From Candidatus Eiseniibacteriota bacterium (GTDB taxonomy: Bacteria > Eisenbacteria > RBG-16-71-46), in contig VBOY01000007.1 of NCBI GenBank assembly GCA_005893295.1, positions 27,591 to 80,301 on the forward strand: DNA of 52,711 nucleotides. Reading direction: 5' to 3'. A program made the position numbers and the translations under genes. Positions 18,858 through 29,498 of the stretch are shown here, piece by piece. The notes beneath the pieces are model-generated. The model made no database searches and was not told where the DNA came from. It saw only the letters and a list, made by a program, of their open reading frames with translations. Position 1 is the stretch's first letter; each line of letters starts with the position of its first letter.

Positions 18858-19103
18858 GTGACAGCGTTCAGTGAAGACCGCGTGAAGGAGATCATCGCGA
18901 AGGAGCTCGAAGTCGACCTGAAGCAGATCACGCCCGAGGCCAAGTTCATCGAAGATCTGGGTGCAGACTCGCTCGACATCGTGGAGTTGGTAATGGAGCT
19001 GGAAGAGGAGTTCGGGCTCGAGATCCCGGACGAGGACGCCGACAAGCTCAAGACGGTAGGCGACGCGATGAATTACCTGCGCTCGCACGCGACGGCGTCG
19101 TAG
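18858..19103 (+). CDS. acpP: Acyl carrier protein
   Basis: [20 protein letters not shown]; GAGGAGGT SD 7 nt before GTG 18858. Confidence 0.98.
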   Translation: MTAFSEDRVKEIIAKELEVDLKQITPEAKFIEDLGADSLDIVELVMELEEEFGLEIPDEDADKLKTVGDAMNYLRSHATAS

Positions 19104-19173
19104 TGCAAATCCTAGAGTCTTCCGTGGCGATCGTGCCGGGCTCGAATGCTCGGCAGCGCGGTCGTCCGGAATC

Positions 19174-20442
19174 GTGGAAAGCAGCGCACGCACAGTGAAC
19201 CCCGCCCCACATCGCGTGCTGGTGACCGGCCTTGGAATTGTCTCGCCGCTCGGCAACGACGGGGAACAGTTCTGGCGTCGGCTGGTCGCCGGCTGTTCGG
19301 GCGCCGGCCCGATCACGCGATTCGACACCACCGGGTACGGCACGCGCTTCGCCTGCGAGGTCAAGGATTTCACGACCGAGGGGGTGCTCGACCGCAAGGA
19401 TGCGAAGCGCATGGATCGCTTCGTCCAGTTCGCGGTCGTGGCCACCGCCGAGGCGATCCGCAGCGCGGGGCTCGATCTGAATTCGATCGATCGCGAGCGT
19501 GTCGGGGTCATCCTGGGTTCGGGCATCGGCGGCATGGAGACGTTCGAGAATCAGCACACGAACCTGATCCAGAAGGGGCCAGGGCGGGTCAGCCCGTTCT
19601 TCATCCCGATGATGATCGTCGACATGGCCGCGGGTCAGATCTCGATCCAGTTCGGTCTCAAGGGACCCAACTTCGCCACCGTGTCCGCGTGCGCCTCCGG
19701 CGCACATGCGCTCGGCGAAGCCCTGCGCCTGCTGCGGGCCGGAGATGCCGATGTCATCGTGGCCGGCGGCAGCGAGGCGACGATTACGCCGATGGCGCTG
19801 GCAGGGTTCAGCAACGCGCGCGCACTTTCCACACGAAACGACGATCCGCAGCGAGCCAGCCGTCCGTTCGACCAGGACCGCGACGGCTTCGTGATCGGCG
19901 AAGGCGCTGCCGTGCTGGTTCTCGAGACCGAGGACCACACGCGGCGCCGCAACGCCACACCGCTCTGCGAGCTCGCCGGCTACGGAGCCAGCGGGGACGC
20001 GTACCACATCACCGCGCCCCGCGAAGACGGAGACGGCGCCGCGCGCGCGATGCAACGCGCGCTCGACGACGCCCGTTTGAGGCCCGAAGACGTGCAGTAC
20101 ATCAACGCGCACGGAACCTCGACTCCCGCGGGAGATCCTGCCGAGGTGGCTGCAATCAAGTCCGTGTTCGGAACGCACGCCGGCCGACTGATGGTGAGCT
20201 CGACCAAGTCCATGACGGGGCACCTGCTGGGTGCGGCCGGCGGACTCGAAGCGGCGGCCACCGCCTTGACCCTCGCGCGCGGCATCGTCCCACCTACGAT
20301 CAACCTGGAGAAACCGGATCCCACATGCGACCTCGATTTCGTCCCCAATCAGGCCCGAACGCATCGCGTGAAGGCCGCCCTATCCAACTCGTTCGGGTTC
20401 GGGGGACACAACGTGACCCTGGCCGTGCGAGCCGCGAGCTAA
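19174..20442 (+). CDS. fabF: 3-oxoacyl-ACP synthase II
   Basis: VLVTGLG, SACASG, INAHGTST, GHLLGAAG, SNSFGFGGHN. The start may be GTG 19195. Confidence 0.97.
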   Translation: MESSARTVNPAPHRVLVTGLGIVSPLGNDGEQFWRRLVAGCSGAGPITRFDTTGYGTRFACEVKDFTTEGVLDRKDAKRMDRFVQFAVVATAEAIRSAGLDLNSIDRERVGVILGSGIGGMETFENQHTNLIQKGPGRVSPFFIPMMIVDMAAGQISIQFGLKGPNFATVSACASGAHALGEALRLLRAGDADVIVAGGSEATITPMALAGFSNARALSTRNDDPQRASRPFDQDRDGFVIGEGAAVLVLETEDHTRRRNATPLCELAGYGASGDAYHITAPREDGDGAARAMQRALDDARLRPEDVQYINAHGTSTPAGDPAEVAAIKSVFGTHAGRLMVSSTKSMTGHLLGAAGGLEAAATALTLARGIVPPTINLEKPDPTCDLDFVPNQARTHRVKAALSNSFGFGGHNVTLAVRAAS

Positions 20443-20540
20443 CCGGGCGGCGTCCGCGCCGACGCGGTGGCCGCGGACGTGGCCGGGGCCCGCGCCCGCC
20501 GGCCGCCTCTGCGCCGAGTAGCTTCTCGTTCTGGAGCTGG

Positions 20541-21890
20541 CTGACGGGCCTGTTCGCGCCGCCGGCCACGCGGGCGCGCGCCCCGCGCGACGCGGCCCCG
20601 CTCGGCGATCAGGAGGCGCGCGCGCTCGCCGACTTCAGCCGCCATTTCAACCTGTCGTTCCGCCAGCCGGGACTTCTCAAGCTGGCGCTCACCCATCGCT
20701 CGTATCTGCACGTCACCGGGCAGGGTCCGCGCGAATCGAACGAGCGTCTCGAGTTTCTCGGCGATTCGGTGCTCGGTTTGGTGACGAGCGAGTACCTGTA
20801 TCGCGCGCACCCGACCGAGCACGAAGGGCAGCTCACCAAGACCAAGTCCCTGCTCGTGTCGAAGGCAATTCTGTCGCGACGGGCGCTCACCATGGGCCTC
20901 GGCCGCTTCGTCTTCATGAGCCACTCCGAAGTGGAGTCGGGTGGCCGGCAGCGGCTGTCGATCTTGGCCGATGCCTTCGAGGCGGTGATCGGGGCCATCT
21001 ATCTGGATCAGGGCTTCGAGGCGGCGCGCGCGTTCATCGAGCACTGGCTGCTGCGTGACAGTCGGGTGATCATGGCCGACAAGCGCCACACCAACTACAA
21101 GAGTCATCTGCAAGAGTACGTGCAGAGCACCTTCCGCACGCACCCGATCTATCGGATAAGGAGCGAGATGGGGCCCGACCATTCGAAGCAGTTCATGGTC
21201 GAGGTCATCGTCGGCCGGCGCCTGCTGGGCGAAGGCAAGGGGCGCAACAAGAAGGAAGCCGAGCAGGCGGCCGCCCGCGACGCCCTCGAACGGGTCGAGG
21301 CGGGCCCGCTGTCGGACCGCGAGCTGAGGCGCAGCGAGCGCTCGGGCCGGCGCGAGGAGGACCAAGAACCGAACGCCGGGGGCCCCGCGCCGCACGCGGT
21401 GGGCGACGAGGAGCGACCCCTCGAGCAGGCCGAGCGGTCCGCGCCCCGCCGCCAGCGGCGGGGCGGGAGGGAACGGCGTCCCGCGGGAGGTGAGCGTGCG
21501 CGTGGCACGGGCCAACCGGCACCGGCGCCGCGACCGGTTGCGGCGCGACCGAAGCCGGTGATCGAGCGTGAGCCGCGTCCCCCCGCGCACCGCGAGGACG
21601 ATCTGGAGGAGGTGGGACGGCCCGAAGGCCCCCACGAGGAAGCGCGGGTCGACCCGTACGCGTGGCAGGAGGACGTCGTCGAGCGCGAGGAGGCGCCGGA
21701 GCGCGTGACGGAGCTCGAGGAGCCCGCGGCAGCCACCCCCGCCCCCGAGCGCAGCCTCGAACACGAGCTCGAGTCTACCCCCGCGACGGACGAGCCGTGG
21801 CCCAAGCCGGCCCCGCCGGTGGGTGGCACTCGGGCGGTGGAACCTCCCGCATTTGGGAGGCGGCCGGGAAGGGGAAAGCGAGCTCCCTAG
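20541..21890 (+). CDS. rnc: Ribonuclease III with a long charged low-complexity C-terminal extension (start uncertain)
   Basis: ALTHRSY, NERLEFLGDSVL, LADAFEAVIGAIYLDQG; dsRNA-binding domain NYKSHLQE...GPDHSK.F...KKEAEQAAA. No in-frame ATG/GTG/TTG between the fabF stop and the catalytic domain; 20541 is a CTG. Confidence 0.9.
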   Translation: MTGLFAPPATRARAPRDAAPLGDQEARALADFSRHFNLSFRQPGLLKLALTHRSYLHVTGQGPRESNERLEFLGDSVLGLVTSEYLYRAHPTEHEGQLTKTKSLLVSKAILSRRALTMGLGRFVFMSHSEVESGGRQRLSILADAFEAVIGAIYLDQGFEAARAFIEHWLLRDSRVIMADKRHTNYKSHLQEYVQSTFRTHPIYRIRSEMGPDHSKQFMVEVIVGRRLLGEGKGRNKKEAEQAAARDALERVEAGPLSDRELRRSERSGRREEDQEPNAGGPAPHAVGDEERPLEQAERSAPRRQRRGGRERRPAGGERARGTGQPAPAPRPVAARPKPVIEREPRPPAHREDDLEEVGRPEGPHEEARVDPYAWQEDVVEREEAPERVTELEEPAAATPAPERSLEHELESTPATDEPWPKPAPPVGGTRAVEPPAFGRRPGRGKRAP

Positions 21891-22006
21891 GGCGGGTGAT
21901 AGGCCGAATTGTTGCGGACCTTGCGTGGCGGCGAACGAGCCAGTAGTACGATGTTCGCGGCCGCCGCCGGGTATTCCACCTTCGGGCCAGGAGCCCCCAA
22001 CTCATC

Positions 22007-23659
22007 ATGTGGATTCTCGTTACCGCGATTCTGAGCGCTCCCGCCACGCCGGCCGCGGCCGCGCCCGAGCCCGCATACCGCAGCGAGGAGGCGCTGCGCC
22101 GTTATGCGCAGGCGCGACTCTCCGAAGAGCAGGGATCGGGAGCCGAAGCCCTGCGCGAGTACTACCGCGCGATGCTTCTCGACGACCAGTCGAGCGGCAT
22201 TCCGCGCCGCGTGAGCGAGGTGACCGCCGTGGTCGGAGACCCGGCGCAGTCGCTCGAGTTTGCCGAGCGCGCGCTCGCCATCGATCCCTCGGACCCGCGG
22301 GCACTGTGGCTCAAGGGCTCGGCGCTCCTCAACCTGGGCAGGGACGGCGAGTCCCTGGACGCGCTCGAGGCGGCTGCCCACGGTGACACCGACCAGGTCG
22401 AATACGCACGCACCCTGGCGCGGGCCGCGGAGCGCCTGGACCGGGTTCCCCTGATGGCCCAGTGCTACCGGCGCATCGCATGGCTCGACGAGGACGATGC
22501 GGAAGCCTGGTTCCAGCTCGCCGCGGCGGAGGCGCGCCTGAACCGCTTCAGCGCCGCCGATAGCGCGATCACGCGCGGGGTCGAGCTAAATCCGTTGCGA
22601 CAGGGACGATTCTTCATGCAGGGCTGGATCGAGGAGAACCTGGGCCGGCTCGCGGAAGCGGCGACCTCGTACCGCCACCACCTCGAGCTCCACGCCAAGG
22701 ACCCGGCGGCCCGCCGGCGACTCATCTCGGTGCTCGGCCGCGAAGACCGCCACCAAGAGGCGTTCGGGGAAGCGCGGGCCCTGGCGCGCGAGCACCCTGA
22801 GGATCTCGAGACCCGCGAGGTCGAGGCCGACTTGGCGTTTGCAGCCGGCGCTCCCTCGGAGGGTCTCAAGCTCTTGGAACAGTTGAAGCGGCGCTGGCCG
22901 GACGATCCGGACGCGTTCGGCGCCAGGCTCACGATCCTGGCCCGTCACGGTCACGGCCGTCAGGCGGCACTCGAGGCGGAGGCGCGCGTCGCCGAGCGGC
23001 CCAAGGATTTTGCGCCCCTGCTGCTGGCCGCCCATGTCTACGAGGCCACCCACGACTACGACCGAGCCCTCGAGAACCTGCGCCGGGCCGTCGATCTGAC
23101 CCCCGATTCGCTGGCCCCCCGGGTGCTGCTGGCGCGCACGCTCCAGTCGGCGAAGCGTCTTGCGGAGGCGGAGCAGACGTGGCGTGAGGCGGCCGCGCGG
23201 TTTCCCAAGGTCAACGGGCTGATCTTCGACCTCGCCGCGTGCCGTGAAAAGCTCGGCGACCTGGCCGGGGCCGAGCAGGCGGTGCGTGACATCCTCGACC
23301 GGGATCCGAGCAACCCCGTAGCGCTCAACTTCTTGGGCTACCTCTATGCGGACCACAACCGAAACCTGGACCAGGCGTTGGCTCTGATTCAGCGCGCCCT
23401 GGATGCCGAGCCGGACAACGGCGCCTACCTGGATTCCCTCGGCTGGGCTTACTACCGCCTGGGGCGGCTTGGCGAAGCACGGAGAGCTCTCGAGCGCGCC
23501 GTGATCATTACCGGCGGCGACCCGGTGGTGCGGGAGCACCTGGGCGATGTGTACAAGGACCTGCGCCTCAACGACTTGGCCCGAGAGCAGTACCGCAAGA
23601 GCTTGGTCTCCGACAACACCAACCGGCGGGTTCGTTCCAAGCTCTCGGGGCTGAGGTAG
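22007..23659 (+). CDS. Exported tetratricopeptide-repeat protein
   Basis: Signal-like N-terminus; many TPRs, including ALNFLGYLYAD and YLDSLGWAYYRLG...EHLGDVY. Confidence 0.9.
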   Translation: MWILVTAILSAPATPAAAAPEPAYRSEEALRRYAQARLSEEQGSGAEALREYYRAMLLDDQSSGIPRRVSEVTAVVGDPAQSLEFAERALAIDPSDPRALWLKGSALLNLGRDGESLDALEAAAHGDTDQVEYARTLARAAERLDRVPLMAQCYRRIAWLDEDDAEAWFQLAAAEARLNRFSAADSAITRGVELNPLRQGRFFMQGWIEENLGRLAEAATSYRHHLELHAKDPAARRRLISVLGREDRHQEAFGEARALAREHPEDLETREVEADLAFAAGAPSEGLKLLEQLKRRWPDDPDAFGARLTILARHGHGRQAALEAEARVAERPKDFAPLLLAAHVYEATHDYDRALENLRRAVDLTPDSLAPRVLLARTLQSAKRLAEAEQTWREAAARFPKVNGLIFDLAACREKLGDLAGAEQAVRDILDRDPSNPVALNFLGYLYADHNRNLDQALALIQRALDAEPDNGAYLDSLGWAYYRLGRLGEARRALERAVIITGGDPVVREHLGDVYKDLRLNDLAREQYRKSLVSDNTNRRVRSKLSGLR

Positions 23660-23701
23660 CGCGCTTGGAACTCCGGCTCTCCAAGGGGGTAGGAAACGCC
23701 G

Positions 23702-24337
23702 GTGGAGCCGCCTGTGCCACCTGACCGCGATTCGGTATCGGCCCCGATCCTCTCTCTGTCCGACGAGGACCTGATGGGGCGAGTCGCGGAGGGGGACGAA
23801 CGGGCCTTCTCGGAGCTGGTTCGGCGCTACCAGGGACGAGTCGTGAACCTGGTGAGCCGGGTTCTCAACGACCGGGAATGCTCCGACGATCTGGCGCAGG
23901 AAGTATTCGTCCGCGTGTTCGTTCACCGGCGGAACTACCGGCGAGGATCCAAGTTTTCGACCTGGCTGTTCACGATCGCCGCGAACTTAGCGAAGAACGA
24001 GATTCGGCGGCGGGTGCGACGCAGGAACTGGTTCAGCCTGGACGCGCTGCAGGAGATGGTGAGCGACAGCGCGAGCCAGCTGGCGGATCCAACCGAGGGT
24101 CAGGAGGTGGCGCTGCAGCGCCAGCAGCTGCAGCGCGCCGTGGGCCAGGCGATTGCCACCGTGCCGGAGAAGTACCGGTTGGCGCTGGTGCTGCGGGACA
24201 TCGAGGGGTTCGCGTACGAGGAGATCGGGCACATGTTGGGAATTCCGGGTGGGACCGTGAGGTCGCGCATCAATCGGGCCCGCATGATGCTGAAGCGTAG
24301 GCTGCGTCCGTTGCTTCGCAAGGAGGAGACCCCATGA
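23702..24337 (+). CDS. ECF sigma factor (RpoE/SigW-like)
   Basis: DLAQEVFVRVF, FSTWLFTIAAN, YEEIGHMLGIPGGTVRSRINRAR. Confidence 0.95.
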   Translation: MEPPVPPDRDSVSAPILSLSDEDLMGRVAEGDERAFSELVRRYQGRVVNLVSRVLNDRECSDDLAQEVFVRVFVHRRNYRRGSKFSTWLFTIAANLAKNEIRRRVRRRNWFSLDALQEMVSDSASQLADPTEGQEVALQRQQLQRAVGQAIATVPEKYRLALVLRDIEGFAYEEIGHMLGIPGGTVRSRINRARMMLKRRLRPLLRKEETP

Positions 24338-24957
24338 GCTGCCGGCAATCTCGCAAGTTGTTCGGCGCCTCCTGGGATGACGAGCTGACGCAGGCCGAGC
24401 GCGAGTGGTTGGAAGCGCACTTCGCCTCCTGTGCGAGCTGCCGCACCGAGTACGAGGAGTGGACCCGCACTCTCGAGATGATGGAGTCGCTGCCTCGCGT
24501 CGAGGTGGCTCCGGGGCTCGCGGAGCGGTCGCTCGCCAAAGCTCGCCGGCAACCAGCGGCGGCCGACCGCTTCCCGGCGCACGTCGTTCGTTGGATTCCG
24601 ATCACCGCGACCGCCGCCCTGCTCGCCACCGCCGGAGCCATGGTCGCGCAGTGGTCGGGCATCGTGAGCCTCGGGTCGAACACGCGGGTCGAGACCCCGG
24701 TGGTCCGGGAGCCCTCGCTGGTCACGGAGGCCACGCCCAGTGACACGCCTCGGCCGTCGGTTTCGCGGTCCGCGAGCGAGTCGACTCTGTCGCGCGCCGA
24801 TGGCACGCTCGCGGCGCTGCCCGACAGCCTGCTGGACCAGGGTGAAGACGTCGAGTTCATCCTCGATGCGATGACGCTGCACAAGGGCCGCGCCCATCCC
24901 GCGTCGCGGCTGTCGCCGACGCCGGTGCGAGGCGAACAGGCCGTCATCACCTTTTAG
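24334..24957 (+). CDS. Zinc-finger (ZAS) membrane anti-sigma factor
   Basis: HFASCASC (HxxxCxxC) and one transmembrane segment; ATGA-coupled to the sigma gene. Confidence 0.88.
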   Translation: MSCRQSRKLFGASWDDELTQAEREWLEAHFASCASCRTEYEEWTRTLEMMESLPRVEVAPGLAERSLAKARRQPAAADRFPAHVVRWIPITATAALLATAGAMVAQWSGIVSLGSNTRVETPVVREPSLVTEATPSDTPRPSVSRSASESTLSRADGTLAALPDSLLDQGEDVEFILDAMTLHKGRAHPASRLSPTPVRGEQAVITF

Positions 24958-24969
24958 CCGGGACAATCC

Positions 24970-26151
24970 ATGATCGCGCTCCTGCGCTCGCGCCTCGCGG
25001 TCGCCGCCCTCGTGGTCGGCGGGGCCGTCCTCGGTTCACGTGCCGGCGCGGAAGGCGCGCTCTCGGCCCTGCAGACGGACGTGGATCAGATCGCCCGGCG
25101 GGCCCGCTCGTCGGTGGTCACGGTCTACGCGCACCGATTCCTCCCCAAGCAGGCGAACGCGCCCGCGGCGGACCGCCGCGTGCACACCCGGGTCGGATCC
25201 GGCGTGGCGGTCGAAGAGGACGTCGTGCTGACGACCGCCAGCGTGGTACTCGGAGCCGATCGACTGCTGGTGCGCACCGCGAACGGTCTGCAGGGAGACG
25301 CCCAGCTCTTGGGGCTGGACCCGATCTTCAACGTCGCCCTGCTGCGCGTGCCGCAGGTGCGGTTGCCGCCGCTCCGCTTCGCCACCCGCCCGGCGGGCGT
25401 GGGTGAGTGGGTGATCTCGCTCGGGACTTCCTATCGCGCCCAGCCGACCCAGTCGGTGGGCAACGTCGCCTACCGTCTGCTCGAGCCGCATCAGGCGCTG
25501 CTCCAGCTCACCAACACCGTTTATCCGGGGAACAGCGGGGCGGCTGCGCTGAACACCCGGGGAGAGCTGGTGGGGATCGTGCAGGGCGAGCTCGCACCCC
25601 CCGAGCCGGTGAACCAAGACGAGGCGGGCGAGCGCCGCCCGAGCGGGGTGAGCTTTGCGCTGCCGGTCGAGACGGTGCGTCCGGTGTACGAGAGCCTGCG
25701 GCGCATGGGTCGCGTACCCCACGGGTTTCTCGGCGTGACGACCCGTGCGGCACGCGTCGAGAGCGACGTCGAGGGCGGCCAGAGCACACCGATCGGGGCG
25801 ATGGTGCAAGTCGTGGTGCCAGGAGGGCCGGCCGACAGGGCCGGCATCCATTCCGGTGACATGATCGTCGCCTTCCAGCGCGAGCGGGTCGAGTATCCGG
25901 AGCAGCTGGCGCGCTGGGTGGCCGGCACCCTGCCGGGCCGCCGGGTCGAGCTGGTGTGGGTGCGTGGCGACGTCGGGATGACCGCACGCACCGTGCTCAC
26001 GGAATCGGCCGAGACGATTCCCGCCTGGGTCGCGGGCGACCCGGAGCAGGCCGATGCCGAGCGCCCGCCGGCACGCATCGCCGACCTCGAGAAGGAGATT
26101 CGGCGCTTGAGCGACGAGCTGGCGAGGCTCAAAGGGTCGCGCCCTCGCTAG
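24970..26151 (+). CDS. HtrA/DegS-like trypsin-PDZ protein with a degenerate catalytic triad
   Basis: GSGV, VLTTASVV, DPIFNVALL, PGNSGA; PDZ domain GFLGV...GGPADRAGIHSGD; C-terminal coiled coil. Confidence 0.88.
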   Translation: MIALLRSRLAVAALVVGGAVLGSRAGAEGALSALQTDVDQIARRARSSVVTVYAHRFLPKQANAPAADRRVHTRVGSGVAVEEDVVLTTASVVLGADRLLVRTANGLQGDAQLLGLDPIFNVALLRVPQVRLPPLRFATRPAGVGEWVISLGTSYRAQPTQSVGNVAYRLLEPHQALLQLTNTVYPGNSGAAALNTRGELVGIVQGELAPPEPVNQDEAGERRPSGVSFALPVETVRPVYESLRRMGRVPHGFLGVTTRAARVESDVEGGQSTPIGAMVQVVVPGGPADRAGIHSGDMIVAFQRERVEYPEQLARWVAGTLPGRRVELVWVRGDVGMTARTVLTESAETIPAWVAGDPEQADAERPPARIADLEKEIRRLSDELARLKGSRPR

Positions 26152-26177
26152 ACGGCGCCGGCCCGGCCGGCCCACGC

Positions 26178-26186
26178 TGCTATACT
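26178..26186 (+). promoter_or_regulatory. Extended -10 element, leaderless aroB
   Basis: TGcTATACT, 8 nt before GTG 26195; no SD. Confidence 0.55.
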
Positions 26187-26194
26187 GCTCGGCC

Positions 26195-27298
26195 GTGGCC
26201 CTCGACCTCTTGGTCCGCTACCCGGGGCGATCCGTCCGGTCCCGGATCCAGGTACGCCGCGGGGCTCTCGACCGCCTGGGCGCTTGCGCCCGCGCGATCA
26301 AGGCACGCCGCGTCGCCGTGGTGAGCGATGCCACGGTCGCTGCCCTCTATGGCGGGCTCTCGGTTCGCTCGCTCGAGCGCGCCGGTCTCACGGCCTCCTT
26401 GGTCACCGTCCCCCCCGGGGAGCGCGCCAAGAACCCGCGCCAGTTGGTCCGTCTGTGGGGGTGGCTCGGCGCCCTCGGCCTCACGCGCGGGGACGCGGTG
26501 GTGGCCTTGGGAGGTGGTGTGGTCGGTGATCTTGCGGGCTTCGCCGCGGCGACGTGGCTGCGCGGCGTAGCCTGGATCGGCGTGCCCACCTCGCTGGTCG
26601 CTCAGATCGACAGCTGCGTGGGAGGCAAGACCGCGGTCGATCTCGAGGTCGGAAAGAATCTCGTCGGCGCCTTTCACCAGCCGGTGGCCGTCCTGGTGGA
26701 TCCCGATGCGCTCGCCACGTTGCCGGAGCGACATCATCGCGCGGGGCTCGCGGAGTTGGTGAAGCTGGGAATGGCGGTGGATGGGGGGTTGTTCGCCTGG
26801 ACAGAACGCCACGCACGGCGACTGCGCGGGCGCGATGGTGCCGTGCTCGAGCAGGCGGTGGCACGCGCGATCCGCGTCAAGGCACGGGTGGTGCGAGGCG
26901 ATGAGCGCGAGCGGTGGGGAGGTGCCCGCACCGCCCTGAACTACGGCCACACGCTCGGACATGCGCTCGAGTCGGCCTGCGGCTATCGCGGGCCACTCCA
27001 CGGAGAAGCGGTGGCGATCGGAATGCGCGCCGCGGCCGCGATCTCGACCCGTGTCGCGGGACTGTCGGCCGCCGCGCGGGCGCGTCAGGACGCGTTGCTC
27101 GACGCCTTCGGTCTCCCGCGGCGCGTGCCGCCGGTCGCGCTCGAGGATCTGCTGCGCGCGATGCGGCAGGACAAGAAGCGGGGTGCTGCGGAGGTGCGCT
27201 GGGTGTTGACGCCCCGCGTGGGCCATGCTAGCGTGCCGCGACCTGTCGACCGGCGGCTCGTGCGGTCGGCCTTGATCGAGATCGGGGCGCGGGTCTGA
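26195..27298 (+). CDS. aroB: 3-dehydroquinate synthase
   Basis: ALGGGVVGDLAGF, GGKTAV, KNLVGAFHQP, LNYGHTLGHALE, HGEAVAIGM. Confidence 0.97.
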   Translation: MALDLLVRYPGRSVRSRIQVRRGALDRLGACARAIKARRVAVVSDATVAALYGGLSVRSLERAGLTASLVTVPPGERAKNPRQLVRLWGWLGALGLTRGDAVVALGGGVVGDLAGFAAATWLRGVAWIGVPTSLVAQIDSCVGGKTAVDLEVGKNLVGAFHQPVAVLVDPDALATLPERHHRAGLAELVKLGMAVDGGLFAWTERHARRLRGRDGAVLEQAVARAIRVKARVVRGDERERWGGARTALNYGHTLGHALESACGYRGPLHGEAVAIGMRAAAAISTRVAGLSAAARARQDALLDAFGLPRRVPPVALEDLLRAMRQDKKRGAAEVRWVLTPRVGHASVPRPVDRRLVRSALIEIGARV

Positions 27299-27730
27299 TG
27301 CGGCGCATCCTGGTCCTGCACGGTCCAAACCTGAACGCCCTCGGCATCCGCGAGCCGGAAATTTACGGGCACGAATCCCTGGACGACATCGAACGCCGCA
27401 TCCGGCAGCTCGGCCGCGACCTCGACTGCGAGGTGGAATGTCTCCAGAGCCAGCACGAGGGTGTGCTGATCGATGCGCTCTACGGGGCGCGCTCCCGTTC
27501 CGATGGTGTGCTCATGAACCCGGGGGGGCTCGCGCACTCCAGCGTGCCCCTGCGCGACGCGGTGGCGGGCGCCGGCGTGCCGGTGGTGGAAGTTCACCTG
27601 TCCAACCCCTTGGCGCGCGAGCCATTCCGTGGTCCTTCGCTGGTGTCCGGAGCGGCCGTTGGGGTGGTCCAGGGGTTTGGAGCCGAGAGTTACCTCCTCG
27701 GCCTCAGGGCCCTGGTCGGGTGTCTGGAAC

Positions 27731-27747
<17 letters not shown>
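27298..27747 (+). CDS. aroQ: Type II 3-dehydroquinate dehydratase
   Basis: [28 protein letters not shown]. Confidence 0.96.
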
Positions 27748-28288
<541 letters not shown>

Positions 28289-28321
28289 TTCGCGACCGCG
28301 ACGTGGGTTCCCAGGGTCTCC

Positions 28322-29494
28322 ATGAACATTCGCAGCGTGCTCGAAAAGATGATCGCGGCGCGGGCCAGCGATCTGCACCTCAAGACCGGGACCCCGCCGG
28401 TGGTGCGGGTCGACGGCGTGCTGTACACGCTGGACGAGCCGGCGCCGAACGCGGAGCAGCTTCGCGGCGTAGCCAACCAGCTGCTCAACGAGGAACAGCG
28501 CCACTACTTCCTGACCCACAACGAAATCGACTTCGCATTCGGCGTCTCGGGCCTGGCGCGCTTCCGCGCCAACATCTTCATGCAGCGGGGGACCCCGGCG
28601 CTCGCGCTGCGCCACGTCCCGGTGGAGGTTCCGAGCCTCGAAGACTTGGGGCTGCCCACCGTGGTGCGCGAGCTGGCGTTCGCGCCACGGGGCTTGATCC
28701 TGGTCACCGGGCGGACCGGCTCTGGCAAGTCGACCACGTTGGCGGCGATGATCGACGCCATCAACCGGGTCACGACGCGAAACATCATCACGGTCGAAGA
28801 CCCGATCGAGTTCCTGCACCGCGACCGTCTATCGTTCATCCACCAACGCGAGATCGGCCTCGACGCGAAATCGTTCCAGGACGGGCTGCGCTACGTGTTG
28901 AGGCAGGATCCCGACATCATCCTGGTGGGCGAAATTCGCGATTACGAGACCATGAGCACCGCGCTCATGGCGGCGGACACCGGGCACCTCGTGCTCTCGA
29001 CGCTCCACACCACCGATGTGGTGCAGACCTTGCAACGAGTCATTTCTTTCTACTCGCCTCACCAGCACGACGAGGTGCGCTTGTCCCTCGCTTCGAACCT
29101 GCGCGCCGTGATCACGCAGCGACTGATCCCGCGACGGGACGGAGCGGGTCGCGTGCCGGCGTGCGAGATCATGGTGACCACGCCCACCATCCGCGAGTTC
29201 ATCCTGAACGCCGAGAAGACTCCGCTGATTCACGGCGCGGTGGCCGAGGGCGTGACGCAGTACGGCATGCAAACGTTCGATCAGTCGGTCATGACGCTGC
29301 TTCTCGAGGGGATCATCACCGAGGAAGAGGCGCTGAAGAACTGCAACAACCCCAACGAGCTGAACCTCAAGCTCAAGGGCATCAACGCCGCCTCGGATCG
29401 CGTATGGCAGCCGGTGGAGTCGGACGAGGACCTGGGGGAAACGGCGTCCCACCCGGAAGCAGCCGAGTTCGGCTCGTGGCCGGGCCGTCCCTAG
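28322..29494 (+). CDS. pilT: Type IV pilus retraction ATPase, PilT/PilU family
   Basis: [53 protein letters not shown]. Confidence 0.92.
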   Translation: MNIRSVLEKMIAARASDLHLKTGTPPVVRVDGVLYTLDEPAPNAEQLRGVANQLLNEEQRHYFLTHNEIDFAFGVSGLARFRANIFMQRGTPALALRHVPVEVPSLEDLGLPTVVRELAFAPRGLILVTGRTGSGKSTTLAAMIDAINRVTTRNIITVEDPIEFLHRDRLSFIHQREIGLDAKSFQDGLRYVLRQDPDIILVGEIRDYETMSTALMAADTGHLVLSTLHTTDVVQTLQRVISFYSPHQHDEVRLSLASNLRAVITQRLIPRRDGAGRVPACEIMVTTPTIREFILNAEKTPLIHGAVAEGVTQYGMQTFDQSVMTLLLEGIITEEEALKNCNNPNELNLKLKGINAASDRVWQPVESDEDLGETASHPEAAEFGSWPGRP

Positions 29495-29498
29495 CGGA

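Noticed and set aside
19146-21890. 914-aa ORF overlapping all of fabF and continuing into rnc
   Set aside because: Its first codon position is fabF's GC-rich third position, so stops are expected to be rare. The overlapping part has no protein-like features; only the rnc portion is credible.
23667-23695. GGAACT as the -35 of an autoregulated ECF promoter
   Set aside because: No convincing -10 (GTC, CGT or TCT type) at the expected spacing.
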